NCBI GenBank assembly: GCA_963827165.1
Contig: CAWGZR010000010.1
Span: 192,001-256,000 of the forward strand
Source of the DNA: Candidatus Bathyarchaeota archaeon
GTDB lineage: Archaea > Thermoproteota > Bathyarchaeia > Bathyarchaeales > Bathycorpusculaceae
Direction: 5' to 3'
DNA: 64,000 nucleotides
In this document: piece by piece, positions 31,355-42,055 of the stretch
Layout: each line of letters begins with the position of its first letter
Numbering within the stretch: the stretch's first letter is position 1
Translations under genes and position numbers: made by a program
Notes under the pieces: generated by a model
Seen by the model: only the letters and a program-made list of their open reading frames with translations
What the model was told of the DNA's origin: nothing
The model's database searches: none

Positions 31355-31552
31355 GACTTATCACAGGCAATATTCTGCGAGAACTCCAATTTAGATTTTC
31401 CCCTTTCGCGATGCTACCAAGTTATCTGTGAACGCCCATTTTCGGCTAGTGAATTAAGCTTTGATCTAACTTTCCCGGAAGACTTCTATTGAAACGTTTA
31501 TTAAAAGCTTCAAACTCTGAATTAATTGTCAATTTTTAGGTTTTGATAGAAA

Positions 31553-31942
31553 ATGCTAGAGCCTAAGAACATTATTTTGGAATATCTCAAATTATTGGGT
31601 TCGGGAAAATTTAAAGAAGGGCTGCGTTTTTTTGCGCCCGATTGCATAACGCATAATCCATTCATTTCTGGCAACATAGAAACGTTAACCGATGCAATGA
31701 TCGCGGCAAGTAAAGATATGAATACAAATAGCACAGATTCTGAATTTGTAGTCAAAAATGTCCTCGCTGACGGAAACCTTGTTGCAGCCCACACTGAATT
31801 TCTGAACTCCAAATCTAGACCCAGCGAAGGTGGTTTGAGGCAAGTTCATCTTTTCAAGTTCAAAGATGACAAAATCGTTGAGTACTGGGATATTACACAA
31901 CAAGTAATGCCGAACATGCCTAATGCCGCAGGGGCTTTCTAA
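31553..31942 (+). CDS. SnoaL/NTF2-like domain protein
   Basis: THNP, VLADGNLVAAH, FKFKDDKIVEYWD. Confidence 0.85.
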   Translation: MLEPKNIILEYLKLLGSGKFKEGLRFFAPDCITHNPFISGNIETLTDAMIAASKDMNTNSTDSEFVVKNVLADGNLVAAHTEFLNSKSRPSEGGLRQVHLFKFKDDKIVEYWDITQQVMPNMPNAAGAF

Positions 31943-31969
31943 ACCAAGAATCTTTAATGGGATGATGAC

Positions 31970-32569
31970 TTGAGAAATCTTGTTGTTTTATCTTTCGTGA
32001 CACTTGATGGCGTTATGCAGGCTCCCGGAGGACCCGAAGAAGACACTAGCGGGAATTTCAAGTACGGTGGATGGACAGTTGGCTACTGGGACGATTTCAT
32101 GGCAGAGGTCATGGCAATACAAATGGGAAAACCGTTTGATCTATTGCTTGGCCGCAAAACCTATGAAATATTTGCAGGTTACTGGCCGCACGCGACAAAC
32201 GAGCCAGCCCATAAGCTCAATGAAGCAAGAAAATATGTTGTCTCTACCAAACTAACTATACTTGATTGGAATAATTCCACTCTCATTTCAGGTGACACCG
32301 TGGATTTAATCAAAAAACTAAAGACACGCGATGGACCTGAGATTCAGGTGCACGGCAGTTCTAATCTTATTCAAACTCTGCTACGAAATGACCTTGTCGA
32401 TGAATTCCGCTTAAAAATATTTCCGCTTACCATAGGCACAGGCAAGCGTCTCTTTGGAGACGGCACCATGCCGGCCGGTTTTAAACTTGTCGAATGTAAG
32501 ATTTCAACAAAGGGTGTAATAATAGCAACATACGTGCGTGACGGGGAGATAAAAACGGGATCGTTTTAA
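31970..32569 (+). CDS. Dihydrofolate reductase-like (RibD C-terminal) protein
   Basis: FVTLDGVMQAPGGPEED, LLGRKTYE, HGSSNLIQTL, G.GKRLF. Confidence 0.9.
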   Translation: MRNLVVLSFVTLDGVMQAPGGPEEDTSGNFKYGGWTVGYWDDFMAEVMAIQMGKPFDLLLGRKTYEIFAGYWPHATNEPAHKLNEARKYVVSTKLTILDWNNSTLISGDTVDLIKKLKTRDGPEIQVHGSSNLIQTLLRNDLVDEFRLKIFPLTIGTGKRLFGDGTMPAGFKLVECKISTKGVIIATYVRDGEIKTGSF

Positions 32570-32739
32570 TGCATAATCCCCAGTCGGCGCAATATTAATC
32601 CTATCAAACACGGGAGATCCCCTGTTCATCAATTTTGCGACAACGCGTATAGTTCAAAAACTCATTCCAGAAAATGACCATTCTTAGAGAAACAGTTTTT
32701 ATCCTTCCCTGCGGCATTATAAGTAGATAAACCAATTGT

Positions 32740-33552
32740 GTGGATGATATGGATGATATAGTGCTTTCTCTCAAAATTGTTGTTGCCACTTTGTTGATAT
32801 TAACGATGTTGGGTGGAGTTGGGACCATTTTTGCGCTCACATACGGGCCATCAAACGGTTACGTGCAATACAAAATCGCTGCAACCGGTTCATCTAGCTT
32901 TTTTCAACCTACTAGCGGCATCATAAACGAGTCTGTTCAACCCACTGGACAAACGGGATTTCTGAACCTCATTCTGGACATTTCCTCGTTGTCTGCAAAC
33001 CTTACCTACTCAAAAGTTGTTAATGCCACTTCTCTGCTAGAAATCTTCCCCTATTTGCCCGCCGTAACAAATCAGTCACTTTCATACCAAGTGAAAGGAA
33101 CCTCAATTAACGCAAACTTGATAAACACAGGTCAGACTCCAGTAACCTTCAGTAACGCGACGTACCAAGCAACAAGGTTTTTAGTCGCCTTCTCAGCGGT
33201 CAACTCATCCAGTGATTTATCATTCTCGGGAAATGGCAGCATAGTCACCATGCCATCGGGCTTAATCGACACGGTTCAACTCTCGCTGAACCAAACAGGT
33301 TCAATCAACGCGGCCCTCTTATCGACAAATCTTTCACTTAAAACGCCAGCTGGCAACATAAATCCCATTGGTGCCTCAGTTCTGGGCGCCGCCCTGTCAG
33401 TGGCAGTTGTAATTGCAGCTCCAACAATATACAAAAGAGAGAAGAAAAAACACGAAGAGCAACAGTGCGAAGCCGAAAACAAAAATAATCAGGAAAGCGA
33501 TGCGAAAAAAGAAAACGAGGACAAAAACAAGCCGTCTTACTGGGTTGATTAG
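32740..33552 (+). CDS. Secreted/membrane-anchored hypothetical protein
   Basis: Signal peptide, S/T/N-rich domain, TM and charged tail ending KPSYWVD. Confidence 0.7.
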   Translation: MDDMDDIVLSLKIVVATLLILTMLGGVGTIFALTYGPSNGYVQYKIAATGSSSFFQPTSGIINESVQPTGQTGFLNLILDISSLSANLTYSKVVNATSLLEIFPYLPAVTNQSLSYQVKGTSINANLINTGQTPVTFSNATYQATRFLVAFSAVNSSSDLSFSGNGSIVTMPSGLIDTVQLSLNQTGSINAALLSTNLSLKTPAGNINPIGASVLGAALSVAVVIAAPTIYKREKKKHEEQQCEAENKNNQESDAKKENEDKNKPSYWVD

Positions 33553-33607
33553 CATTGAGTTATTCTAAAAGCGGCAGTTCAAGATCAAACATAAAAGTTT
33601 AGGTGGA

Positions 33608-34595
33608 ATTGTAACGGCTGACTTTTCGGAGGTAATTGAGCTAAACAATGCAGTAAAAGATTATGGCAGCAACAGGCGAATTGGCCCCGCAAATCTCACG
33701 ATCAGAAAAGGAGAGATTGTGGGTTTTCTCGGTCCTAACGGATCAGGCAAGACCACCTGCATCAGACTTATCTTAGGTTTAATCAGGCCAACCTCAGGCA
33801 TGGTGAAAGTCAACGGGTTTGACCCAATTGCCAACCATGTTGAAGCATTAAGGCACGTAGCGTATTCTCCTGAGTTGCCTAACATACAGACTTTTCTAAG
33901 CCCAAGAGAACTTCTTAATTTAATTTCTCATGAACTCTATTTCCCGGATAACGCAAACAGAAGTGGCGAGATAGACCGAGTGATTGAACTGGTCGGTTTA
34001 CACGACTACGCGGACACAAAGGTCGGCAAACTCAGTAAAGGGATGATTCAAAGACTGAGCGTTGCCCAAGCGTTAGTCGGCTCGCCAGAAACTTTAATTC
34101 TGGATGAACCGATGATCGGTTTGGACCCCGCAGGGGTTGTTCATTTTAGGGATGTTTTCAGGGATTTCGCAGCCCATGGGAAAGGGACAGTATTCATGTC
34201 GTCACATATCATGAGTGAGGTGGAATCGCTTTGTACCTCAGTAGCAATGATTCACCATGGGAAAATACTATTCAAAGGGTCAGTCGAGGAAGTAGTTGGA
34301 AAAGTGTTGGATTATTCTCTTGTTGAACTGGAGACTAGCCCTTTAACGCCTCAAACAATCCAACAACTAAAAGAGATTCCCGGAATAACTCAAATAAACA
34401 TGGCAGACAACGACCAAGCGGATGCCATGCTCAGTCGAAATTACAGTTTGTGAACGTGACCATGATATTAGACCAGCAATTGCCGATATCGTAGTCAAGT
34501 CGGGCGCCAAACTCTACACCATCAAGCAGGGTGAAAACATGCTAGAGAAGGCTTACATAGAAGCGCTTAAAGAAACGAAAGGTGGCAAACCTTGA
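33608..34595 (+). CDS. ABC-2 type transporter ATP-binding protein (start codon unclear; C-terminal frameshift)
   Basis: GPNGSGKTT, LSKGMIQR, ILDEP, MSSH; frame open upstream of 33719; tail LEKAYIEAL in shifted frame ends at 34595. Confidence 0.9.
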
Positions 34596-35442
34596 AACGC
34601 GCTGAAGTCATTTTCACTTTTGCAAGGTATGAAATCAAGCGTGCCATCGCGCGCAAAAAAGTTTTGGCTCTAGTTGCTTTCACAATACTTCTGAGCGTAC
34701 TACCATATTACGCTTTGTCCCAAGCAGGAACCAATCTGATTCCCACAAATGTCTACTCGTACCTTTGGGTACTTGCAGTACTCCTGGTTGGTCCGCTCTT
34801 CTTAAACTTCACTGCAATCCTGATAGCTGCAGGGTCGATGTCAGAAGAATACGAGCAGGGCACAGCCGAACTTCTTTTGTCAAAACCAGTAAGACGAAGC
34901 GACTACATCGCTGGCAAATTCCTCGGCGGTTATATTCTGTTTCTTTTTATTCTTAGCTTTAACTCTTGTCTTATCCATTTCATCAGCCTTCACTTTTTTT
35001 GGCGCCCAAAACAACCTTTACCTAATTCCCGGATTATTCATAGCTCAAGCCTTTAGTTCACTATTATTCTTTTCTTTGGCTTTCATGCTTGGAGAACTAA
35101 TCAGGCGCTCTTCTCTTGCGTACATTTTCTCGTCAGCGGTTTTCTTTTCAAGTTACATTATAAGCATTTTTTTGAGCGCAATCTTTAGGGCCACGGGTAA
35201 AGTAGTTTATAAAACCGTTCAGATGTATCTTCCAACTTCGGCTGCAAGCTCGCTTCCTATTCAATATGCTTTACCGAGGCTTCCCTCGACTTTATCAACA
35301 GCCCTTTCGTCCATTCAACACTTCAACTTCTGGACCCACCATCAGCTTCTCAATCGAAATCCTGCTTGTCTACATAATCATATCAGTAACAATTGCAGCA
35401 GCTTACTTCCTGCATGCTGACATTTCAAGAAAACTAAGTTAA
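34592..35442 (+). CDS. ABC-2 type transporter permease (frameshifted)
   Basis: SEEYEQGTAELLLSKPVRR.DYIAGKF motif; TM helices across ORFs; ends YFLHADISRKLS. Confidence 0.85.
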
Positions 35443-35557
35443 TTTTATGTGAAGGATACATCACAGTTAACGAATAGATTTCTTCTCCTTTTTCCCTTTT
35501 TGCTGTTTTTGCCTGAATGGTATAACATAAAAGCAGGTTTAGGCAACATACCCAAAG

Positions 35558-36958
35558 ATGACCTCAACTCTCAAATGCATCCACTGTCAGAGTGAATTTC
35601 CAGTTTATCCCTTGAGAAGTAACTGCGAAAAATGCGGAGGAACATTAGAATTCACGGCAGACTTACCTAGAAGCAGGGGAACTGAGTTTTTCAGATCAAC
35701 TTGGATTCTGGCGATACAGGCAGGTGCTTCCCCCTGTAAATCATGTAGTAAGCTTAGGAGAAGGCGGAACGCCGATGCATAAGGCTGAGAGACTTGCTGG
35801 AGCAATCGGCTTAAAAGAACTCTACTTAAAAGATGAGACGCGCAATCCGACCAACAGTTACAGAGATCGGGCAGCCGCTTTCTTGACATCAAACGCGATT
35901 GACCGAGGCTTTGGTACACTGGTTTGTGCCAGCAACGGTAACATGGGAGCTTCCTTAGCTGCCTACACCGCAAAAGCAAGCTTGATCTGCCACGTGTTGG
36001 TCCCTAAAGTGGTCGATGTAGGCAAGTTGGCGCAAATGATCGCTTACGACGCCGTAATTGAAGAATCAGGGAATATCGTAGATGACTCCATTCGCAAAGC
36101 TTCTGACTTAGCAAAAGAATCAGGCTGGTACCAAGCAACCGCAGAACTTAACCCGTTCGTCGTTGAGGCACAAAAAACTATTTCCTACGAGATAAACGAG
36201 CAATTGTCAACCCCTGGCTGGATTATTGTCCCGATGGGAAGCGGCGGTACAATCTATTCGCTTTGGAAAGGCTTCAAAGAACTCAAACAGCTTGGGCTCA
36301 CTCAAATCGCTGCCTCGAATGGTTGGGGTTCAGACTGAAGGCTGCGCGCCAATAGTCAGCAAATTAAAAGAAAAAGCGCCAGTCAAAATCGTGCAACCCG
36401 TCGACCCGTGCATTGGCTATCCTCGTTGGCGAACCCTTGCAAAGCGACTTAGCTGTGAAAGCAATTAAGGAATCGAACGGATTGGCTTTAACAGTTTCAG
36501 ATGGCGAAATTTTGGCTTCTGAGCTTTTAGTGGCAAAACTGGAAGGGGTCTTCGCTGAACCTGCAAGTTCAGCCGCCGTGGCAGCGTTACAGAAACTGAA
36601 AGACAATCAGGTTTCTAGTGACGATAGCGTGGTGTGCCTTATCACTGGGAGCGGCTTAAAAGCCACTGATGTTTTGCAGGCGTTGAATAAAAAGCAGAAG
36701 GCGGCTGGCTTGGGACTTGCGGTCAGTACTAAACAGAAGATTCTCAAGATTCTCAGCGAAAAAGACTCCTACGGTTATGATTTGTGGAAATTGCTGGGGC
36801 AGGTTATGACCCGTGGTGCTGTTTATCAGCATCTTAATGAGTTGGCTGATAGAGGTTTGGTGGTTGGTTACGAGGCGGATGGGAAGAGGTTTTTCCGCAT
36901 CACTGAACGTGGAAGGAAGGTTTTGGCTGCGTTTGATGAGATTCAGTTGCTTATGTGA
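35558..36958 (+). CDS. Threonine synthase-like fold-II PLP protein fused to C-terminal winged HTH (PadR/ArsR-like); two frameshifts; PLP Lys replaced by Arg
   Basis: CIHC..CEKCGG, SLGEGGTP, KDETRNPTNSYRDR, ASNGNMG, VPMGSGG, EPASSAA, ITGSGLK, then KQKILKIL..KDSYGYDLW..TRGAVYQHLNELADRGLV..FRITERG. Confidence 0.85.
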
Positions 36959-36970
36959 GTTTTGGGAATG

Positions 36971-37014
36971 CTTATTAGGAATATAGCCACAACTATAATA
37001 TAGTTATAACTATA
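36971..37014 (+). promoter_or_regulatory. Promoter with tandem palindromic operator boxes
   Basis: CTTATTA (TATA-like), then TATAGCCACAACTATA (36982-36997) and perfect palindrome TATAGTTATAACTATA (36999-37014). Confidence 0.75.
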
Positions 37015-37016
37015 CT

Positions 37017-37577
37017 ATGGCGGTAAACATGGGATTCCGAACTAATCGAACAATAACACTCACAGTTGCACAGGCAGGAATCATGGCAGCACTAGTAGCA
37101 GTCGCAACGTATGCAGTGCAGGTTCCTATCCCAGCCACAAAGGGGTACCTGAACTTCGGCGACATAATGATCTTCGTTAGCGCTTTGACTTTCGGTCCAT
37201 TGGTTGGCAGCTTCGCAGGAGGCGTTGGATCTGCGTTATCTGACGTCGCAGGGGGATACGCATCAACGTACGCCCCGTTTACACTAATCATAAAAGGTGC
37301 AGAAGGAATCATCGTTGGCTTGATCGCTAAAAGGGGAAGCAGAAAAAGAAGCATCTTAGCCGTCGCCGTGGCGGGCGTGGAAATGGTGTCAGGATACTTT
37401 TTGGCTGAATTCTTCGGTCTTTCCCTCGGGTGGGCGGCGGCAACAGAAGTGCCCTTCAACATATTACAGATAGTCGCAGGCGGCGTAATCGGAATTCCAA
37501 TTGCTGTAATTCTTTGGAAGAGACTTCCCGAAGCTTGGCTAAACCCAAAATCCGCCCCAACAGTTCAGACAGCTTAA
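37017..37577 (+). CDS. ECF transporter S component (COG4720-like)
   Basis: ALVAVAT, P.TKGYLNFGD, GGVGSALSD, APFTLIIKGAEG, GYFLAE, N..Q. Confidence 0.9.
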   Translation: MAVNMGFRTNRTITLTVAQAGIMAALVAVATYAVQVPIPATKGYLNFGDIMIFVSALTFGPLVGSFAGGVGSALSDVAGGYASTYAPFTLIIKGAEGIIVGLIAKRGSRKRSILAVAVAGVEMVSGYFLAEFFGLSLGWAAATEVPFNILQIVAGGVIGIPIAVILWKRLPEAWLNPKSAPTVQTA

Positions 37578-37603
37578 AAGCTAGATTTCACAGAGGATAA
37601 GTT

Positions 37604-38611
37604 ATGAAACTTCCCCCAGGAAAAATCCCGGTTGAAATCCTCAAGGAAATCGTTTTCAAAAATTTAGGCGCTGAACGCAGCGAAGTAATTTTGGGTCCAG
37701 CCGCAGGATTAGACGGCGCAGTCTTGGACGTTGGAAGCAAAAATGCAATCGTCTCGATGGATCCGATAACGGGCGCGGTTGAACGCATAGGTTGGGAAGC
37801 CGTCAATGTCAACGCCAACGACGTCGCAACCTTCGGGGTTGAACCCGCCTTCCTATTTTCATGTCTGATGCTACCAGAAAACGCGGATAGCGAGATAGTC
37901 CAAAACATAGCAACCCAAATGAACGCTGCCGCAAAAGAGCTTGGTATCGCAATAGTTGGCGGGCACTGTGAGTCAACGCCAGGACTAACTAACCCCATCG
38001 TTGTCGGTTGTATTATGGGGTTAACTGAAAAAGGCAAATACGTCACAGCGGCAGGAGCCAAGAGCGGCGACAAATTGATTTTAACGAAAAGCGCAGGGAT
38101 CGAGGGCACAGCTATTTTGGCTTTTGATCGAGCGGACCAATTGAAAAAGGTCCTCAATCCATCTCTACTTTACAACGCAAGAAACTTTTACAATCAAATA
38201 AGCGTGGTAAAAGATGCGTTAACTGCTTATAAGGCGGGTGGAGTTCACGCGATGCATGATCCAACCGAAGGCGGGATCTTAAACGGCATCCACGAATTGG
38301 CAGATGCGGCAGGGTTAGGTGTAAAGGTTTTTGAGGACAAAATCGCGGTTGAGCCTGAAACAGCTAAAATCTGCCGTTTCTACGAAATAGACCCGTTACA
38401 GTTGATGGGTTCAGGCGCGTTACTCATATCTGCGGAGCCAGAAACCGCACCCAAAATACTCGATGCATTAAGCCAAGCACACATTGTTGCGGAAGAAATC
38501 GGTGAATTCAACCCGAGCCCGCAAAAGCGAATACTGATACTTAAGAACGAGTTGTCCAAGATGCTGCCAAGACCAGTCTCAGACCACTTATGGATTGCGT
38601 TAACCCACTGA
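37604..38611 (+). CDS. AIR synthase (PurM)-superfamily protein, PurM-like
   Basis: GKIP, GLDGAVL, SMDPITGA, NANDVAT.G, IVGGHCE, MHDPTEGG, DPLQLMGSGALL. Confidence 0.9.
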   Translation: MKLPPGKIPVEILKEIVFKNLGAERSEVILGPAAGLDGAVLDVGSKNAIVSMDPITGAVERIGWEAVNVNANDVATFGVEPAFLFSCLMLPENADSEIVQNIATQMNAAAKELGIAIVGGHCESTPGLTNPIVVGCIMGLTEKGKYVTAAGAKSGDKLILTKSAGIEGTAILAFDRADQLKKVLNPSLLYNARNFYNQISVVKDALTAYKAGGVHAMHDPTEGGILNGIHELADAAGLGVKVFEDKIAVEPETAKICRFYEIDPLQLMGSGALLISAEPETAPKILDALSQAHIVAEEIGEFNPSPQKRILILKNELSKMLPRPVSDHLWIALTH

Positions 38612-38647
38612 CCCTTTGACGAACGAGTGAAAACAACAAAACCGCGT

Positions 38648-39514
38648 TTAGGATTCGATTTTCTGTCTTGCCACTGTTTCTTCTGAAAAAGGCGCAATCT
38701 TATCAGAGTTCGGTTGGAACACTTGTTGCGTCATGATCGGGCTCTGATGCTGGTTAGGTTTCGGAATCGAGTTGTTTCTTAACCAGTTAAGGGGCACTTG
38801 GAACATCCAGTATAGCAAAAAGGCTGGGTAGAACAAGGTGTAGGCGTATAGATGTGAATAGACTAAACCGCATTTAAATTCGACTATGGCTTGTGAGAAA
38901 CCGGTTTTTACGTTCCAGCTGGTCGGTGGCTTGAAGTGAAGGCAGTATGCTTCTGTGGCAACCTGCACTTTGAAGCCTTGTTCCTTGATATGCTCGATAA
39001 TATAGGCGTCTTCGTAGATCTGCAGGTGATCGGGAACGATTATACCATTGACCGATTTGGTGAGAATCAGAGTGTCGTGGGTTCCGCCGCGTAAATTGAA
39101 GCATTCCCGGGCAAGTATACTCTGCAACCGAAGAACCCGCTTATCCCTCACGTTTGGGATAACATCAACGTTTAAACCCCAAATCGCTGCAACACCATTG
39201 CTCATATCCCTCTGCGCTTTTCTGTACCAGTCCTTGCAAAGAACAACGTCACTGTCAACAAACAAAAACCATTCAGTGTTGACGTGGCGGATGCCTTCGG
39301 TTCGTGCTTTAGCCCTTGAACCGTCAATTTGAATAAGTACAATGTTTCCATGCGCCTTGTTGAAGCCGTCAAGGATTTCCAGGGTTCTGTCGGTTGAGAA
39401 GCCGTCGATCACGATTAAGTTTTTCACGGGCACATTTTCATAAACCGACGTTAAACAATTGCTGAGAACGTGCTCACTGTTCTTAGTCAGCAATACCACG
39501 TCAACTTGATCCAT
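38648..39514 (-). CDS. Glycosyltransferase family 2
   Basis: VVLLTKNS, IDGFSTD.T, FVDSD, YED. Confidence 0.9.
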   Translation of the reverse strand: MDQVDVVLLTKNSEHVLSNCLTSVYENVPVKNLIVIDGFSTDRTLEILDGFNKAHGNIVLIQIDGSRAKARTEGIRHVNTEWFLFVDSDVVLCKDWYRKAQRDMSNGVAAIWGLNVDVIPNVRDKRVLRLQSILARECFNLRGGTHDTLILTKSVNGIIVPDHLQIYEDAYIIEHIKEQGFKVQVATEAYCLHFKPPTSWNVKTGFSQAIVEFKCGLVYSHLYAYTLFYPAFLLYWMFQVPLNWLRNNSIPKPNQHQSPIMTQQVFQPNSDKIAPFSEETVARQKIES

Positions 39515-39577
39515 CAGTGTGCCTCAAAGTTTGGGTTTTGTATAGCATTACACATTTAGCACTTAAAAAGGTAAAGT

Positions 39578-40369
39578 TTAACGCTGCCCCTCTCGCCTGG
39601 CAACCTCATAGAGCGCGTAGCCTGAGTAAAACGCGTAGGCAGCAAGCAACTTGCCGATCAACCATACATCCCCAAGCGTAAGGGCTTCAGCAAACAACCC
39701 TATGCTGCCTCTAAATGTCCAAACGTTCGGCGGACGGTAATGAATGCAGAATGGGATGTAGCAGGGGATTACGCGGTAGCCTTTTTGTTCAATCCAGTCT
39801 TTTATGTAGGCGTCTTCGTAAACATGAAGTTTCTTTGGAATTTGAATATCTTTAACTAGTTCGGTTTTGATGAGGGTGTCGTGGGTTCCGCCGCGGACCT
39901 CAAAAATTTTCCGTGTAATCCGCAAAAAAATGCCCATGGTCACGGAGCTTCCGATTGTTGACCAAATCTCTGTTCCCCAAACCGCACCAACATCCTCGTT
40001 AATGTACTGTTGGGCTTTTTTGTACCAATCATTACAGAGGATGACATCACTGTCGACAAACAGAAACCATTCTGTGTTTACGTCAGCTATGCCTTTTTGG
40101 CGTGCAGTGGCACGGTTGCCTTTGTCCATTATGATTTTTACGTTGTGGTATTTTTCGTCAAACCAATTAAGAACATCCAAGGTTTTGTCCGTTGAGTATC
40201 CGTCGACTGCTATGAGTCGGGCAACTGGCACGTTGTTATACACGGATTCTAGGCATTCTTTGAGTTTTCTGTCGCTGTTCTTAGTCAACAGCACAACGTC
40301 AACCGAGTCCACGCAACCAACTCCTTTCTTGACCGCTAAGTTAACGGTCAACTCATAGAGGCTATGCAA
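39578..40369 (-). CDS. Glycosyltransferase family 2 (tandem paralog)
   Basis: Same motifs as the neighbour (VDGYSTD, EWFLFVDSDV, RGGTHDTLI, YEDAYI). Confidence 0.9.
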   Translation of the reverse strand: MHSLYELTVNLAVKKGVGCVDSVDVVLLTKNSDRKLKECLESVYNNVPVARLIAVDGYSTDKTLDVLNWFDEKYHNVKIIMDKGNRATARQKGIADVNTEWFLFVDSDVILCNDWYKKAQQYINEDVGAVWGTEIWSTIGSSVTMGIFLRITRKIFEVRGGTHDTLIKTELVKDIQIPKKLHVYEDAYIKDWIEQKGYRVIPCYIPFCIHYRPPNVWTFRGSIGLFAEALTLGDVWLIGKLLAAYAFYSGYALYEVARREGQR

Positions 40370-40573
40370 AACAACTTAAAAAACAACTTGCTTGACAAAA
40401 CAATAAGGGTTGAATGTTTGCGCAAAAAATAGCCAGAAAACTTCGCATTTAACGCACAAGTTAGCGCTATACAACCGATTCTGGGCATGTACAATCCGTA
40501 CTTAAATGATTTATATTTCCGCATGAACTACAGGAAAATGAGTTCAGAGTCTTTTGTGTCTGAGGCGGGTTGA

Positions 40574-41186
40574 TTGATGATTGTTGGAGCCGTCGTTCTT
40601 GCAGCGGGCAAATCTGAAAGGATGGGTCATAACAAGCTTCTTTTAAGTTTGAATGGGAAGAAACTGATTGATAATATTTTGGATGCGCTGGCGGAGTCGG
40701 GCATAGATGAGCAGGTGGTTGTGTTGGGGCATAAACCGGATCAGAGTTGTAGAAGCCTTAAACCGAGAATGGACAAAGTCAAATAGCTATAAACAGTGGA
40801 TTATCGAGCACGGGATGACTTCCTCATTCCAACTGGATTGCAATTTTTGAGGCATGTAGATGCGGCGTTTCTGGTTCTTGGCGATGAACCCATCTTTGAC
40901 CCAAGATTATGCGCTCATTGATCGAGACTAATGGAAAAAAACCATATAGCGTTGATTGTGAGCCCCGATTTACAAAGGAAAAAAGGGTCATCCGCTTCTT
41001 TTCCACAGCCAACTCTTCGCGGAAATATTAGATTTGAAGAGTTCCCAGACCATCCGCGATGTTGTTCATCGCCACGTGGACAAAGTGGTCAAAATTGAGG
41101 CACCACAGTGGACAACTATGGATATAGATACGCCTGAAGACTACCGCCGCATAAGCGACTTTATGAAAACAAATCAAGTTCGATAA
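40574..41186 (+). CDS. MocA/MobA-like molybdenum cofactor nucleotidyltransferase (multiply frameshifted)
   Basis: VLAAGKSERMGHNKLLL; later frames give LVLGDEP, KKGHPLLF and DIDTPEDY. Confidence 0.85.
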
Positions 41187-41200
41187 ATGGTTCTTTCTAT

Positions 41201-42010
41201 TTATTTTTGCTGTTGCCGCTTAAATTGTATGATTTGCGCCAGAATGCTTACTCCGATTTCTTCAGGAGTCTCTGCACCTATGTCCAAACCAACTGGGGTA
41301 TGGAGTTTTTGGAGTTGAACATCGCTTAAACCTTCAGCCTTTAGCTTCTCGGTTAGACTTGCGGCTTTTTTTGAACTGCCTAGTAACCCGACGTAGTCAG
41401 GGTTCTTTTCAAGAAGCTTTTTCACGGCCATGAAGTCATGTTGGGGTTCGCCATGGGCTACTACTGCATAGTCACCTGAACCCAATTCCAGAGCGCCGAG
41501 AACCTCGCTGAAGTCGCCTGCGATAACTTGCTCAGCCATCGGGAAAGCGTCTTTAGTGACTAATCGGCGTTCATCGTCAACAATAACTATTTTGAACCCT
41601 GCGAGGCTGGCGAGTTTAGCTAGGGGCAAGGCAACATGACCCGCCCCGACAATTAGCAGTCTAGGGACAGGTTCCATTACATCAGCAAGAACGGTTAATT
41701 CCCCACCGCACATCATGCATGTTACAACTGCGCCCTCCCTCTGCTCCGGTGAAAGGCTGAAGGTGACGGTTTTCGACCTCCGTTCCCTCAATGCTCCGAG
41801 GCATTCGCCAACCAAAGTGCGTTCGAAGTCGCCGCCACCTATGGTTCCCAAGGTTTTCCCGTCCTCTGTGACAACCATTTTTGTACCAACATCTCTCGGT
41901 CCATGACCCTTTTTCTCAACAACCGTGCAGAAAACAAGCCTTTTTCGGCTTTCAAGAAGGCGAGACGCTTCATTCAAAAGCTCAAGGTCAGAAGGCATAA
42001 AAATCAACAA
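41201..42010 (-). CDS. xdhC: XdhC/CoxI family Moco maturation chaperone
   Basis: GTIGGG..E, CGG, GAGHVA, YVGLLGS, P.GLDIGAETPEEI. Confidence 0.9.
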   Translation of the reverse strand: MLIFMPSDLELLNEASRLLESRKRLVFCTVVEKKGHGPRDVGTKMVVTEDGKTLGTIGGGDFERTLVGECLGALRERRSKTVTFSLSPEQREGAVVTCMMCGGELTVLADVMEPVPRLLIVGAGHVALPLAKLASLAGFKIVIVDDERRLVTKDAFPMAEQVIAGDFSEVLGALELGSGDYAVVAHGEPQHDFMAVKKLLEKNPDYVGLLGSSKKAASLTEKLKAEGLSDVQLQKLHTPVGLDIGAETPEEIGVSILAQIIQFKRQQQK

Positions 42011-42055
42011 TAGTGTTATTTGCAGCTTCTGATTTTAGGTTACCGCTGAACCCTG

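Noticed and set aside
39867-40358. Long antisense ORFs in the track (also 37588-38157, 24544-24996, 12739-13173, 43569-44012)
   Set aside because: They are shadows of well-supported genes on the opposite strand and show no motifs
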